Below the pieces are notes generated by a model, which was not told where the DNA came from, made no database searches, and saw nothing but the letters and a program-made list of their open reading frames with translations. A stretch of 51,360 nt of DNA, the filler included, from Basidiobolus ranarum (Eukaryota): the NCBI GenBank assembly GCA_040143965.1. It is 2 parts of 2 records of this genome, joined end to end, with 100 filler letters (N's around TTAATTAATTAA, not from the genome) between each part and the next. Parts side by side here need not be neighbours in the genome. Positions count along the whole stretch, not along the records: positions 25,785 to 51,360 come from JASJQH010000141.1; 1 more part is not named here. The stretch is one strand, 5' to 3'. Of this stretch, positions 50,699-51,360 are shown in pieces. Position numbers and translations under genes: made by a program. The stretch's first letter is position 1. Every line of letters begins with the position of its first letter.

Positions 50699-51360
50699 TA
50701 GAAAAGACTGAAAACAGCAAGTGCAAACTCGCGTATATGGTTAATATAAAGCAATCACAAAAATAAACCGCTTAATTTCCAAATCCATGATATTCATTAT
50801 CTTGTCAATGACGAGCAATGCTAATGGCAAACATCACTCATGTGGGGATTCTGCATCCTTGATTGAGTATGATTTGCCTATCAACTGGATTTACTAATTT
50901 ACATTTGCCTTTACATTTGCTAAATACAAATTATGTCTAGGCGATATCTATTGCATCATTAAATCAATTTATGCTTGTGAAGATAGTGGTGCTATATTTA
51001 TTTCCATTATTTGCTAATCTTTAGTGCATATATTTGTTGGTAAGTAGCTCTCAATGTGACTGATAACACTAAATAATAAGGTAATAACTTATCCATTCTG
51101 AAGCTCTATCCTATGTCTAATTTATAGTTTCTGCTAGCCAGCAATCATTGCAAGTATTGTGAATCATGAAGCTTAGTGTGACATTGTTCAGGAAAATTAA
51201 TATGAGCTTGAGAAATATTTGATGATTACAATTAAGCCATTTATGCTTTAACAGTAATGAAAAAAAACTGTACAAGAGCTAAGATTAAAAAGTTAATCAA
51301 GCAAATTCCATTAATATTTAAATTCAACTTTGTTAAATCTTTAGTATCATCCTGCAGTTA

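Overview
Eukaryotic, AT-rich fungal DNA with short GT-AG introns, most consistent with an early-diverging (zygomycete-grade, possibly Basidiobolus-like) fungus; the taxon is inference. An artificial linker (N44-TTAATTAATTAA-N44, 25685-25784) splits the window, so the two halves need not be adjacent in the genome. Left half: an intronless D-amino-acid-oxidase-like gene, a gene-poor zone with a solo LTR (5-bp target-site duplication), two tRNA-like relics and a Gly-rich fragment, then a GPI-type chitin deacetylase, a heme-less sulfite oxidase, a SET/NAP-family chaperone, a small GPI protein, RPL35-RPL15-TatD-RPS10, a Pho80/Pcl cyclin, EB1, and a second copy of the LTR running into the gap. Right half: an orphan helical protein, a 7TM protein, an ALDH8A1-like dehydrogenase, a small secreted protein, UPF1, two tandem DUF7137-like surface-protein genes, a FAR1-type DNA-binding protein, a FUSC/ArAE transporter and fumarate reductase with a cytochrome b5 domain. 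The best leads are long RNA hairpins in the RPL15 and RPS10 introns whose G-U pairs work only on the transcribed strand (candidate splicing autoregulatory elements), a surface-protein gene built from phase-1 symmetric micro-exons, and a heme-less sulfite oxidase with a PTS1-like tail.
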